Assembly: GCA_964416085.1 (NCBI GenBank)
Contig: CAYQCO010000001.1
Coordinates: 3,424 to 67,423 of the forward strand
DNA: 64,000 nt
Direction of reading: 5' to 3'
From: an uncultured Lachnospiraceae bacterium
Lineage (GTDB): Bacteria > Bacillota > Clostridia > Christensenellales > UBA1242
Shown: positions 34,133 to 43,958 of the stretch, in pieces
Layout: every line of letters starts with the position of its first letter
How positions within the stretch are numbered: the first letter of the stretch is position 1
Made by a program: the position numbers and the translations under genes
The notes under the pieces: model-generated
Database searches by the model: none
The model's input: only the letters and a program-made list of their open reading frames with translations
Told to the model about the DNA's origin: nothing

Positions 34133-37100
34133 ATGAAATTTAAATTACTCAAAACACCAAACTTAAAGTCTTCTATGTCCACAGTTTTTGATGAAATAAA
34201 AAAAACTAGTGGAAGCATTTGTTTGGTTGTTCCTGACAAGTTGACTGTAACTGCCGAAAAGCAGTTGTTTGAACATCTCAACATAGAAAGTTGCTTTGAT
34301 ATCAACATCACCACACTCACACGTCTTAGCCAAAAAATTCTTGCCGACATTGGCGTTGAGTATACTCCCATAAGCAAAATTGGAAGCATTGTGTTGCTCA
34401 AAAAAATATTGAACGAACGAAGAAATGATTTGAAACTGTTTTCTTCGCCTAGTTTTTCTTACAACTACACAGACTTGCTTTTCCGCACAATCACTCAATT
34501 TAAGGCAAGTTCCATAACTCCTAACGAAATGATTGTTGATGAAAAAAAGCCTGTTCCACTTCAAGACAAAATCCACGACTTAAAAATCGTGTATCAAGAA
34601 TATGAAAACGGAAAAGCGGGACTTGTTGACCCTACTGACCGACTCACAATTTTTGCACGTGAAATAAAGTCTAGTGAATACATAAAAAACACAACATTTT
34701 TCTTCCTTGGGTTTGACGACTTCACCAATCAAGGCTACACTTTGATTGAACAACTCATCCGCCACTCACAAGGTGTCAATATCTCAGTTTATTCTTCCAA
34801 AAAGGGCAACAAAAATATTTATCCACAAGAAATGTTTGACCGACTTGTTGCTCTTTGCTACAATCAAGGCCTGCCACTCGACATTCAAGAATCAGGCAAC
34901 ACTCTTGACACTCTTCACCAAAATCTGTCTGACAATATTTTTTCGTTTAACACAAATGTTTTGGACACTGACCAAATTGAAATAAAAAACTTTAAAAACA
35001 TTGAGCAAGAAATTGAATATGTTGCGCGCGACATTAGGCAAAATATTTTGTCTGGCAAGCATTTTTATGAGTTTGGGGTTGCTGTTTTTGACCTAGAAAC
35101 TCACAAGACAAAAATCAAAAATGCTTTTGACAAATATGACATCAACTATTATCTTGACAGTTCTGCAAAACTTTCTTCAACATTTTATTTTAATTTCTTT
35201 TTGAATTATCTAAAAATTTTTTCCAACAACTTCAAAAAGGAAAATATTATTGAATTTGTCAACAGTCCATTTGTAGATTTTGCTAGCAGCACAAAGACCA
35301 AATTTGTAAACTTTCTGCAAGAAATTAGTTTTTCTGGAAACCTTGCAAAACTAAAAGTTGATGACGACCTAGTCGAATTAAAAAATTGTTTGATTACAAT
35401 TTTTGATACATTCGCTATCAAAAAAACCGACCATATTGAAGATATTGAAATTACTCTCAACAATTTGAAGCAATCGCTTGACCTTGAAAGCAAACTCAAC
35501 AATATTGTCGACAGCACAAATAGTCTTTATGACAAAAAAATCCTTGTGCAATCACCTAGCCAATTTGAGTCTTTGATGACTGAAATCAAGAAGTTTTATG
35601 CCAATGCTCCGCTTGAAGAAATTGTGGACATTTTGGAGTCAAGTGCCAACAACCAAAAAATTATGCCAATCCCTATGTCGCTTGATTGTGTGCAAGTGCT
35701 TGACGCAAGCGAAGTTATGACCGATTTTGAGCACATATATTTTGTCAATGTCAACAACTCGACCGCTCCAAGCATAATTCAAGATATAGGAATAATTTTG
35801 GACAAAGATATTGCCAACCTTAACTTTAAAAACAAGTTGTCACCTACTATCAACCACTTGAACAAACTTGCCAAATTTAAACTCTTCAACTCAATTTTGA
35901 TGTTCAATCAAAATTTGACTATCACTTCTTCAATATTTAATGACAGCGAAGCAAGTCCGCTTGTTTCTTCTATTCAAAATATTGTAAAAAACAACATTAG
36001 TGAAAATGTCAACTCTCAATCTCACAAAATTTTGAGCAAATGGGATTTGATAGAATTTTTGTCAAACAGTTGCGACCAACAATTTGATGATTTGTTGGAT
36101 GTTTATGGCGTAAAAAAGTTTTCCCCTATCAAATATCTGCCCGAAAATTTGGCGAACAAATTAAACTTTGACGAAATATCTTGCTCTGCTCTTGAAAATT
36201 ATTTTAAATGCCCTATGATGTTCTTTTTAAATCATACGCTAAAAATCAAGCAAGAACGTGAACAAGGAATTGCAAAAGTTGATGTGGGAAATATGCTTCA
36301 CCAGTTAGCAGAAGACTATTTCCGCGCAAAAGGAATGGTGGACATTCCACAATTTGTGACAATTCAAATTGCCAAATATATGGAAAACGACCCAAAACTT
36401 GCCAACTTTATTTCCACTCCAATATATTTCAACCTACTAAAAGAAGGTGCAAGATTTTTGTTTCACCTAAAATATCTCAATGAAAACAGCCAGTTTAGGC
36501 AAGCATTTGCTGAATATAATTTTGGTCTAAAATCCAACAAGACCATTCCGCTTGCAGACAATGTATATTTGAAAGGCAAAATTGACCGCGTGGATTTTTG
36601 GGAAGATTTTGTGCGCATAATTGACTACAAAACAGGAAATGCGGATGCAAGTCTTGACGAATTGTATTATGGCAAAAAATTGCAACTATTTTTGTATGGG
36701 CGACTATCTGAAAAGATTTTTGGCAAAAAACTTGCCGGAAGTTTTTATCTCCCTATCAAAAACTCTATTGTTTCAGACGAAAAAGCCAAGCAATACAAAC
36801 TTAATGGTTTTTATGTCGCCAACAACGACCTTATTCTTGCTTGGGACAAACGTCTTGAAACAATGAACAACACCGACCTTATGAGTTTGAGTCTAAACAA
36901 AGACAGACTCATTCGTGTGGACTCTCGCTCAACCAAAGTGCTCAATCCAAACGATTTTGACAACCTGCTTGACTATTCGTTGAAAGTCGCAAAACAGGCT
37001 ATTGAAGAAATCAAGTCTGGATATATTGCGACATCGCCTATGAAATTTGGTGAGCAAAGCACAAGTTGTGACTATTGTCCATATCTTGCAATTTGCCGAA

Positions 37101-37174
37101 AAAATAGTTGCAATATTGCAATGCGCAACAAAAAAGATGTAAATTTGTCATCATTTGGAGGTAACAATGAGTAA
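34133..37174 (+). CDS. addB: helicase-nuclease AddAB/RexAB subunit B
   Basis: 1,013 aa. C-terminal nuclease motif is RIIDYKTG, with a Cys cluster CDYCPYLAIC plus an upstream CPMMF. No Walker A is recognisable at the N-terminus (RexB-like). Overlaps addA by 20 nt. Confidence 0.8.
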   Translation: MKFKLLKTPNLKSSMSTVFDEIKKTSGSICLVVPDKLTVTAEKQLFEHLNIESCFDINITTLTRLSQKILADIGVEYTPISKIGSIVLLKKILNERRNDLKLFSSPSFSYNYTDLLFRTITQFKASSITPNEMIVDEKKPVPLQDKIHDLKIVYQEYENGKAGLVDPTDRLTIFAREIKSSEYIKNTTFFFLGFDDFTNQGYTLIEQLIRHSQGVNISVYSSKKGNKNIYPQEMFDRLVALCYNQGLPLDIQESGNTLDTLHQNLSDNIFSFNTNVLDTDQIEIKNFKNIEQEIEYVARDIRQNILSGKHFYEFGVAVFDLETHKTKIKNAFDKYDINYYLDSSAKLSSTFYFNFFLNYLKIFSNNFKKENIIEFVNSPFVDFASSTKTKFVNFLQEISFSGNLAKLKVDDDLVELKNCLITIFDTFAIKKTDHIEDIEITLNNLKQSLDLESKLNNIVDSTNSLYDKKILVQSPSQFESLMTEIKKFYANAPLEEIVDILESSANNQKIMPIPMSLDCVQVLDASEVMTDFEHIYFVNVNNSTAPSIIQDIGIILDKDIANLNFKNKLSPTINHLNKLAKFKLFNSILMFNQNLTITSSIFNDSEASPLVSSIQNIVKNNISENVNSQSHKILSKWDLIEFLSNSCDQQFDDLLDVYGVKKFSPIKYLPENLANKLNFDEISCSALENYFKCPMMFFLNHTLKIKQEREQGIAKVDVGNMLHQLAEDYFRAKGMVDIPQFVTIQIAKYMENDPKLANFISTPIYFNLLKEGARFLFHLKYLNENSQFRQAFAEYNFGLKSNKTIPLADNVYLKGKIDRVDFWEDFVRIIDYKTGNADASLDELYYGKKLQLFLYGRLSEKIFGKKLAGSFYLPIKNSIVSDEKAKQYKLNGFYVANNDLILAWDKRLETMNNTDLMSLSLNKDRLIRVDSRSTKVLNPNDFDNLLDYSLKVAKQAIEEIKSGYIATSPMKFGEQSTSCDYCPYLAICRKNSCNIAMRNKKDVNLSSFGGNNE

Positions 37175-40100
37175 AACTTTTGACCCAAAACAACAAGCAG
37201 TGCTGGACTGCGTGGAAGAAAAGCAACTTGTTAGTGCTGGCGCTGGCAGTGGCAAAACTACTGTAATGATAAAAAAAATTGCTGACCTTTTACTTGACGA
37301 AAAAGTCAAGCCAAGTGAAATTGTGGTTTTGACGTTTACTGTGCTTGCATCTCACGAAATGAAACAAAGACTAATAAAAATTGTAAACGAAGAACTTCAA
37401 AAATCGCAAAACCCAACCCAAACAGAAAAAATCTCTCGCATTTTGGCCGACCTAGAAACAGCATCAATAGACACGATTGACGGATTTTGCTCAAAAATGT
37501 GCAAAAAATATTTTTACGCTCTAAACCTTTCACCCGAAACATCCATTGCAACCGGACTCTCGCTGGACTATTATGTAGAAAACTCATTGAAAGATACAAT
37601 CAAGCAAGCGCTTGCAACTGATAGGGATGAAGTTGTATCCCTTGCCGATTGCTTTGAAAAAAATGCCCGCAATCTTGATGCTCTAAAACAAAATTTGCTA
37701 AATGCTTTCAACTTTATTATGGCGCAAAAAGATTATGAAAAATTTTTAAGTCTTAGCGAAAACGAATATTTGGGGCAAAAAAATTCGGCCGATTTTCTCA
37801 ACAAATATTTGCTCACAACAATCCAAAAGCACGCTTTTGCAATAGAACAATTGTTGCCAGATATTGCCAGCGCACAAAATTTGCACAATGCCCTTTCATC
37901 ATATCTAGAAGTGCTAAAAACTTTGAGCGACAAAAACGACCTTGTCACAAATCAAAAGCAATTTGCATTTTTGCCAGTTGTTAGATTTTCAAAAGTCTCA
38001 GACGACCTAAAAGATGATGTCGCAATAATAAAATCACATTTCCAAGAAATTAAAAATGTGGTGGAAGATTTTGAATTTTTGTCTTATATCTCCCAATCCG
38101 ATTTGGAAGTTGGCAATCCGCATTTCAAAACTTTTGTAAAATTGTTGAAATTGTTTATCACCAATTATCAAAACACCAAAGAAAAATACAAGGTTGTAGA
38201 CTTTCTTGATTTGGAAAGAAAATTTTTGTCACTTCTCTCAAATCCAGAGATAAAAAACGAGTTGTTTTTGCAATACAAATATATTTTTGTTGACGAATAT
38301 CAAGACATAAACCCTATGCAAGATGAAATAATTATGCACCTAAAAAGCGGAAATGCAAAGATATTTTTTGTAGGCGATGCCAAGCAAAGTATTTATGGAT
38401 TTAGACAATCCACACCAGAATTGTTTTTGGAAAAATACAAAGAATACAAAACGACTGAAAAAAGCAAGTCGTTTGATATGAATATCAATTTTAGGTCCAA
38501 TCCTGTAATTTTAAATTTTAACAATGAAATCTTTTCAGTCCTTATGACAGAAGAAGCAACAGATATTGACTATAAAAATGACGCCCAATTTGACCCAAAA
38601 CGAACAGACTTTCCACAAAATGCGACCGATGTTGAAATAGCGACATTTGATGAAGTGCAAAATGAAGAAGAAGTTGCAACTGGCATATATAGTGTATGTA
38701 ATGACAATAATACACAAGATATATGCGATAGCGAAATCAACTTCGTTGTTGACAAAATCAAGAATTTGGTTGGACAAGACTTTTTTGACTCTTCGATTGG
38801 GCAAAATAGAACAATGGAATACAGCGATATTGCAATACTGTCTAGGTCAATAAATGACAGCAAGACCAAAAAACTTTTGGAAGCGCTAAAACTCCACCAC
38901 ATCCCTATCAATATTTCAAACAAAATTGAAATAAAAAACTGTGAGAGTGTGCGTCTTGTTTACAACATTTTGAAAGTTGTCAACAACAACTATGACGATG
39001 TTGCACTTTTGACTTATCTTGTGTCAAACCTTGGGCAAATGACTTTGGATGAAATTTTTTTGGCGACAGAAAATCTTGACGGAAATTTGGCAGAGAAACT
39101 CTTGACCTATCAAGCGCAAAACAACAATCAACTTTCATCAAAAATCAAATATGCTTTTGACCTGATTGAAGAGATAAAATTTGCATTTCTTACCAGCAAC
39201 AATTTGGAAAAGATTAATATATTGCTCAACACTTATCACTTGAAACAATACATTTTGAACAGTGAAAATGGTGAAAACGAACTTGACACTCTCAACAACT
39301 TTTTGTCATCTCTTTCAGGCAAAGAAGCGGACAAAAGTTTGACAGAATTTGTGCAATTTTTAAAAGACAATATGGATAGCGACACCCCTACCAACCTAAG
39401 TGATGGTGTCAATGCCATAACAATCCAAACAATCCACGCTAGCAAAGGGCTTGAATATCCAGTTGTAATTTTGTTCAATGCTTCAAAAACTTTTAAGCCA
39501 AACAACTATCGTGACGACATAAACTTTGACAGCGAACTTGGGATTGGAATGTGCTATTATGACTTGGATGCACGAAAAAAATTTGACTCTATCCCCCACT
39601 TTGCAATAACCACAAAAAACAAAATAAAATGCTACAAAGAAGAGTTGCGTTTGCTCTATGTTGCAACCACTCGTCCAAAAAACAAGTTGATAATAACTGG
39701 TGAAGCCAACTTCACACACCTAAAAGAAAAGAAGGTTGCAAAAAACAATTTTCTTGAACTCATTTATTCTGTATATATGGACAGATTGGATGTGGATGAT
39801 GAAGTTACGATTTTTAAGAATTGCACAATTTATCACTTCGCTAGTTTTGTTGTGGACAAAACGACACACAACTCTCAGCAAGAAAAAAGTATAAATATCA
39901 ATGGCAAAAATATCGACTTTGTCTATCCTTATTCTCAACTGCAAGCAATTTCTTTGAAAAACAATGTTACAGCCATTTCACGTGAGCAAAATGCTGAATA
40001 TAACATTTTGCCAAACAAATTGAACATCAAAGAAAATCTCAATGCCACTACTCCGTCAAGTGCAGAAATTGGAACACTTTATCACAAAGCGTTGTCCGAA

Positions 40101-40493
40101 ATTGACTTTTTGTCTAGTTACAAATCGCCACAAACTATTGTGCCTGATGAAAATCTCTTGCGACTTGCACATCAAAAAATCTTTGCACTCACTCGTGGAG
40201 CAACCAAAATCCACCACGAAGCACAATTTATGATGTATCTGCCTTACAACCAAATTTATACTGACAGCGAAATTGAAAACAAAGTGCTTGTTCAAGGAGT
40301 TGTGGACTTGATGATTGAATTTGATGACCGAATTATCCTTGTAGATTTTAAATATTCAAAATCAAATATCGACACTTTGACAGAAAAATACGCGACACAA
40401 CTTAGACTGTATAAACTCGCAATCGAAAAAGCCAAACACAAAAAAGTAACCGAAAGTTATATTTATCAAATCAACACTGGCGAATTGAAATAA
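37155..40493 (+). CDS. addA: helicase-nuclease AddAB subunit A (UvrD-like helicase plus nuclease)
   Basis: Walker A GAGSGKTT, then FVDEYQD, TIHASKGLEYPVV, and the C-terminal nuclease VVDLMIEF...LVDFKYSK. Confidence 0.9.
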   Translation: MEVTMSKTFDPKQQAVLDCVEEKQLVSAGAGSGKTTVMIKKIADLLLDEKVKPSEIVVLTFTVLASHEMKQRLIKIVNEELQKSQNPTQTEKISRILADLETASIDTIDGFCSKMCKKYFYALNLSPETSIATGLSLDYYVENSLKDTIKQALATDRDEVVSLADCFEKNARNLDALKQNLLNAFNFIMAQKDYEKFLSLSENEYLGQKNSADFLNKYLLTTIQKHAFAIEQLLPDIASAQNLHNALSSYLEVLKTLSDKNDLVTNQKQFAFLPVVRFSKVSDDLKDDVAIIKSHFQEIKNVVEDFEFLSYISQSDLEVGNPHFKTFVKLLKLFITNYQNTKEKYKVVDFLDLERKFLSLLSNPEIKNELFLQYKYIFVDEYQDINPMQDEIIMHLKSGNAKIFFVGDAKQSIYGFRQSTPELFLEKYKEYKTTEKSKSFDMNINFRSNPVILNFNNEIFSVLMTEEATDIDYKNDAQFDPKRTDFPQNATDVEIATFDEVQNEEEVATGIYSVCNDNNTQDICDSEINFVVDKIKNLVGQDFFDSSIGQNRTMEYSDIAILSRSINDSKTKKLLEALKLHHIPINISNKIEIKNCESVRLVYNILKVVNNNYDDVALLTYLVSNLGQMTLDEIFLATENLDGNLAEKLLTYQAQNNNQLSSKIKYAFDLIEEIKFAFLTSNNLEKINILLNTYHLKQYILNSENGENELDTLNNFLSSLSGKEADKSLTEFVQFLKDNMDSDTPTNLSDGVNAITIQTIHASKGLEYPVVILFNASKTFKPNNYRDDINFDSELGIGMCYYDLDARKKFDSIPHFAITTKNKIKCYKEELRLLYVATTRPKNKLIITGEANFTHLKEKKVAKNNFLELIYSVYMDRLDVDDEVTIFKNCTIYHFASFVVDKTTHNSQQEKSININGKNIDFVYPYSQLQAISLKNNVTAISREQNAEYNILPNKLNIKENLNATTPSSAEIGTLYHKALSEIDFLSSYKSPQTIVPDENLLRLAHQKIFALTRGATKIHHEAQFMMYLPYNQIYTDSEIENKVLVQGVVDLMIEFDDRIILVDFKYSKSNIDTLTEKYATQLRLYKLAIEKAKHKKVTESYIYQINTGELK

Positions 40494-40547
40494 CACACAA
40501 AAATAAATATTAATTAATAAACAATCAACTTTTGCACAAAATAAAGA

Positions 40548-40766
40548 ATGAGTTATTTCAATTATCACGCACAGTGCAAAAAACTTATTCAATCCAAACA
40601 TTTTTTGGGTGCAACAATTCTGCCCAGTTACAAACATATTTCTCCTGCATTAGTTTTTTATTTTGACAACCACAAGCCAATGCCAATCAGAGAATATCGC
40701 TGGACGGAATATTTTGATTTGCTAAAAAAATTAAATATTTCAATTAATAATATAAATAATAATTAA
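40548..40766 (+). CDS. hypothetical small protein (72 aa)
   Basis: This is the only ORF in the addA-downstream spacer. The body is non-low-complexity (YHAQCKKLIQSKHFLGATILPSYKHISPALVFYFDNHKPMPIREYRWTEYF) with an N-rich tail. No clear SD. Confidence 0.4.
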   Translation: MSYFNYHAQCKKLIQSKHFLGATILPSYKHISPALVFYFDNHKPMPIREYRWTEYFDLLKKLNISINNINNN

Positions 40767-40898
40767 AAAAATAATAAATATTATTAAAAAATAATAAAAA
40801 ATTAAAAAATATCATCTTTTTGCATTATTTTAATGTTTTTTGAAAAAATAAAATTTTATGGGTGGTTTAATTAAAAATAAATTGTCCATAATTTTTTT

Positions 40899-41315
40899 AT
40901 GAAAAAAATATTGATATTTATCATTTTGTTGATTATTGTAATTTTTAATTGTGCGTATATAAAAAAAGATTTTAGCCTAAGTGATTATTTTCCAGAAGGG
41001 CAAATCACAATTTATTCCAACATTAAAGATTGCGACAGCCAAGAAATTGTTCAAGATGTTTACATAACTCAAAACAGAAATTCTGTTATTGGCGAAAGCG
41101 TGTTTTTAAGAAATTTTGAGACAGGCCAAATATTAGATATTTTGGATGCAAAAGTTTTGTCTGTTGAATATCTGGACGACTTGACAATTTTGTTTTGCAA
41201 GACTGACAAAATCAACAAACAAGTTAAGCATAACAACCAAAAAATCAATTTGCAAATTGCAACCTGTGAAGAATATACAGTGGTTGGCTGGCCTATGATT
41301 TTGGGTGGGTTTTAA
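40899..41315 (+). CDS. hypothetical membrane-anchored protein (possibly YwmB-like)
   Basis: N-terminal TM is ILIFIILLIIVIF. The C-terminal pattern NLQIATCEEYTVVGWPMILGGF recalls YwmB-type proteins. Assignment is tentative. Confidence 0.45.
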   Translation: MKKILIFIILLIIVIFNCAYIKKDFSLSDYFPEGQITIYSNIKDCDSQEIVQDVYITQNRNSVIGESVFLRNFETGQILDILDAKVLSVEYLDDLTILFCKTDKINKQVKHNNQKINLQIATCEEYTVVGWPMILGGF

Positions 41316-41379
41316 AAAAAATAAATTTTATGTTTATATTGCAAAAACTTGTCAATTATTAAGTTGAGGAGAAAAAATT

Positions 41380-41985
41380 ATGACAAGAACACAAAAAGTT
41401 TTTACCAACGAAGAAAATTTTAAAGACCAAAGAAAAAAGAAAATAAAAAATACAAGTTATGCAATCGCTTTGGTGTGTAGCATTGTTTTGGGAGCGACTT
41501 TGGTGGCTGTCAACATCGACAACAACAATGACACAACAGCAATAATCCAAACTGCAACCAATCAAACAACATACACCTGTCCTATTTCAGATTGCACAGT
41601 GCAAAAAGATTATAATGCTGACGAGTTGCAATATAATGATACATTAAAACAATGGGAAATCCACAAAGCAGTGGACCTTGTGACAGAAAATGCAACCAAC
41701 GTTGTCGCAATCGCCAACGGAACGGTCACAAATCTTTATACCAACCGACTTGAAGGCACAGTGATTGAGATTAGTCACAACAATGGTTTTACTTCAATTT
41801 ACAAGTCACTTGACAGCAATGTAAAGGTCAAACTTGGAGACTATGTAAAACAAGGTCAAATATTGGGAACAACATCTTCATCAATGGCAAGAGAGCAAAA
41901 CTCAGGCATCCATTTGCACTTTGAACTTTTGCTCAACAAATCATATGTAAATCCAAACGAATATATTGACTTCTCAAAAAAATAA
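41380..41985 (+). CDS. M23/LytM-domain membrane protein (SpoIIQ-like)
   Basis: SD GAGGAG. N-terminal TM is YAIALVCSIVLGATLVAV. LytM motifs are HKAVD, NGFTSIYKSL and IHLHFEL. Confidence 0.7.
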   Translation: MTRTQKVFTNEENFKDQRKKKIKNTSYAIALVCSIVLGATLVAVNIDNNNDTTAIIQTATNQTTYTCPISDCTVQKDYNADELQYNDTLKQWEIHKAVDLVTENATNVVAIANGTVTNLYTNRLEGTVIEISHNNGFTSIYKSLDSNVKVKLGDYVKQGQILGTTSSSMAREQNSGIHLHFELLLNKSYVNPNEYIDFSKK

Positions 41986-42016
41986 CAAAAAAACAACCTA
42001 AGGGTTGTTTTTTTGG
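41986..42016. terminator. bidirectional terminator
   Basis: Stem aaacaacc / ggttgttt with loop taag. An A-run precedes it and a T-run follows. Confidence 0.75.
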
Positions 42017-42613
42017 TTATTCAGTTACTGGGGCATAAGTTGTTAGCCATTCTTCTGGGGCTGTTGTCCAGACGTTACGTGCCGCATTGTTGGCTTCTTG
42101 AATTGCTTCTACCACCACACTTACTGTAAACACTTTGTTGGCGTCTTCGTTGGTCAGTGTTGTGGGCACAGTGATTTTTGACACAAATTCTATTGCATCG
42201 CTAGACTTTGCGACTCCGTTGTAATAGTAATAATCGTCATCACCTTCTGTCCAATTGTTTGTAGTGGTTGCAAGCACTTTTGTTGTGTCACCGTCTGTCT
42301 CTGTCAACTGAATTTTGGCTCTGAGCAAAGCGTTTGATGTGTTGGCCGGAACAGAAATTCCAATCGGCTGACTATAAACACTACCCGGCATAGCAGTTCC
42401 GTCAAAAGTCAAAGTTGACACACTTGCCCCGCCTTGTGTAATGTTGATATTGACCGGATTGCCAAGAGTAATCGTTCCTGTCACATCCTGATTTGCGCTA
42501 AAATACGCCAAAGTTGCTCCAAATATCACACTCGCAAGCAACAAGACACTCAGCACAATAATTGCTATTGTTGCTGGTGTTGTCTTTTTTCTAACAATAA
42601 TTTGATTGTCCAT
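42017..42613 (-). CDS. TasA/camelysin-like secreted protein with SipW-type signal peptide
   Basis: SD AAAGGAG. The signal anchor ends ...SVIFGATLAYFSANQDVTG, which is the hallmark of this class. The C-terminus is VVVEAIQEANN. Confidence 0.65.
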   Translation of the reverse strand: MDNQIIVRKKTTPATIAIIVLSVLLLASVIFGATLAYFSANQDVTGTITLGNPVNINITQGGASVSTLTFDGTAMPGSVYSQPIGISVPANTSNALLRAKIQLTETDGDTTKVLATTTNNWTEGDDDYYYYNGVAKSSDAIEFVSKITVPTTLTNEDANKVFTVSVVVEAIQEANNAARNVWTTAPEEWLTTYAPVTE

Positions 42614-42664
42614 ACATACTCCTTTTGATAAGAGTATTGTGTGTGAAAAACCAAATCTTATTCA

Positions 42665-43870
42665 TCAATCTTTGTTTTTTTGTATTCTTTTGCGATATTT
42701 TCTGTTGCCATAAGAATAATCATAAATTACAATACATATTCCAATAATCAAATATATATAATATGTCAAAACTCTCCAAATAATCAAGGCCCAGAACACC
42801 AAACTCTTGTCTATCAAAAGTGTAAACACGGCATAGAATGAGAGTTCAGCAACACCTGTTCCGCCTGGGATTGGGTTGACACCAAAAGACAGTTGAATAA
42901 TAACTGCAATTGACAATAATTGCCAAAAAATTGAGATATCAAATGGTTTGAAGATAAAATAAATACAAGCAGGAATACAACATTGAATTAAATATATCAT
43001 CAAAGAGAACAACAATGTCAGCAATGCAAATTTTCTAGATGTAAAGAAGATTTTCATTTTGTGCTGGAAGGACAAAGCCGGACGCATAATTTTGAAATAC
43101 ATCTTCTTCCTATCTTTTACAATTTTTAGTTTGTATAATATCTTGATAATAAATGCCACCAAGTTGCTGGCAATTTTTTTGTTGACGCACACCAAGATTA
43201 CAAATGTCAAGAATATTGACATAAATCCAAGCGATACACCAGCAAGTATCATTGTAATTTGGAATGCTGACCCGCTCATATTTTTTACAAGTGAGTTGGT
43301 TCCAATTGTCGCCATCATAAACAATGCCACAAACCAATACACCAATTTTTGTGAAACATAGTTGCAACTAACAGTTGTGATTGCATTGTTGGCTTTTATG
43401 CCGTGGCGGTTTAGGACATAAACTTGGAATGGTTGCCCCCCCACTGCAAATGGTGTGATTTTGGAATAATATTGACAGACAAATTCGCTCTTTAAACACC
43501 CTTCAAAACTCGACTTTTTGTTAAACTTTTTTGACAAAATATAAAGTCTAATAGCAATACAAAATTCTGCGACCAAAAAGCAAGCGATTGCAAGGACAAA
43601 AAACACCATATGATGCTCATTGTTGAACACGTTGGAAATTGAACTTACACCCTCTTCCGAATTGACTTGTATGCCCAGCACAACTCCCACAGCGATAATG
43701 TTTACAATAAAAAATAAAAGTGACCAGATTTTTGATTTTTTGTTTTGGACTTGTGGCTTTATTTTTTTTGTCTTGGTGTTTAGTCCATAAAAAAACCAAA
43801 TGCGATTTTCTTCTGTCGCATTATTATGATACACTTTTCCCTTATAAACTTTCTTTATCACAATAACCAC
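42665..43870 (-). CDS. flippase-like / lysylphosphatidylglycerol-synthase TM-region family membrane protein
   Basis: Polytopic, with the motif NPIPGGTGVAELSF. The GTG start directly abuts a TTGCAT-17-TGtTATAAT promoter, so the exact start is uncertain. Confidence 0.6.
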   Translation of the reverse strand: MVIVIKKVYKGKVYHNNATEENRIWFFYGLNTKTKKIKPQVQNKKSKIWSLLFFIVNIIAVGVVLGIQVNSEEGVSSISNVFNNEHHMVFFVLAIACFLVAEFCIAIRLYILSKKFNKKSSFEGCLKSEFVCQYYSKITPFAVGGQPFQVYVLNRHGIKANNAITTVSCNYVSQKLVYWFVALFMMATIGTNSLVKNMSGSAFQITMILAGVSLGFMSIFLTFVILVCVNKKIASNLVAFIIKILYKLKIVKDRKKMYFKIMRPALSFQHKMKIFFTSRKFALLTLLFSLMIYLIQCCIPACIYFIFKPFDISIFWQLLSIAVIIQLSFGVNPIPGGTGVAELSFYAVFTLLIDKSLVFWALIIWRVLTYYIYLIIGICIVIYDYSYGNRKYRKRIQKNKD

Positions 43871-43927
43871 ATTATAACAAAAATCTCCAAGTTATGCAAT
43901 GGTTTTTTATGATTTAAGCAAGAAAAA

Positions 43928-43951
43928 ACTCTCAAAATTAAATTTGAGAGT
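43928..43951 (-). terminator. rho-independent terminator after the PrsA-like gene
   Basis: 9-bp stem actctcaaa / tttgagagt. A T-run follows on the minus strand (A-run 43923-43927 on plus). Confidence 0.7.
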
Positions 43952-43958
43952 TTATTTT

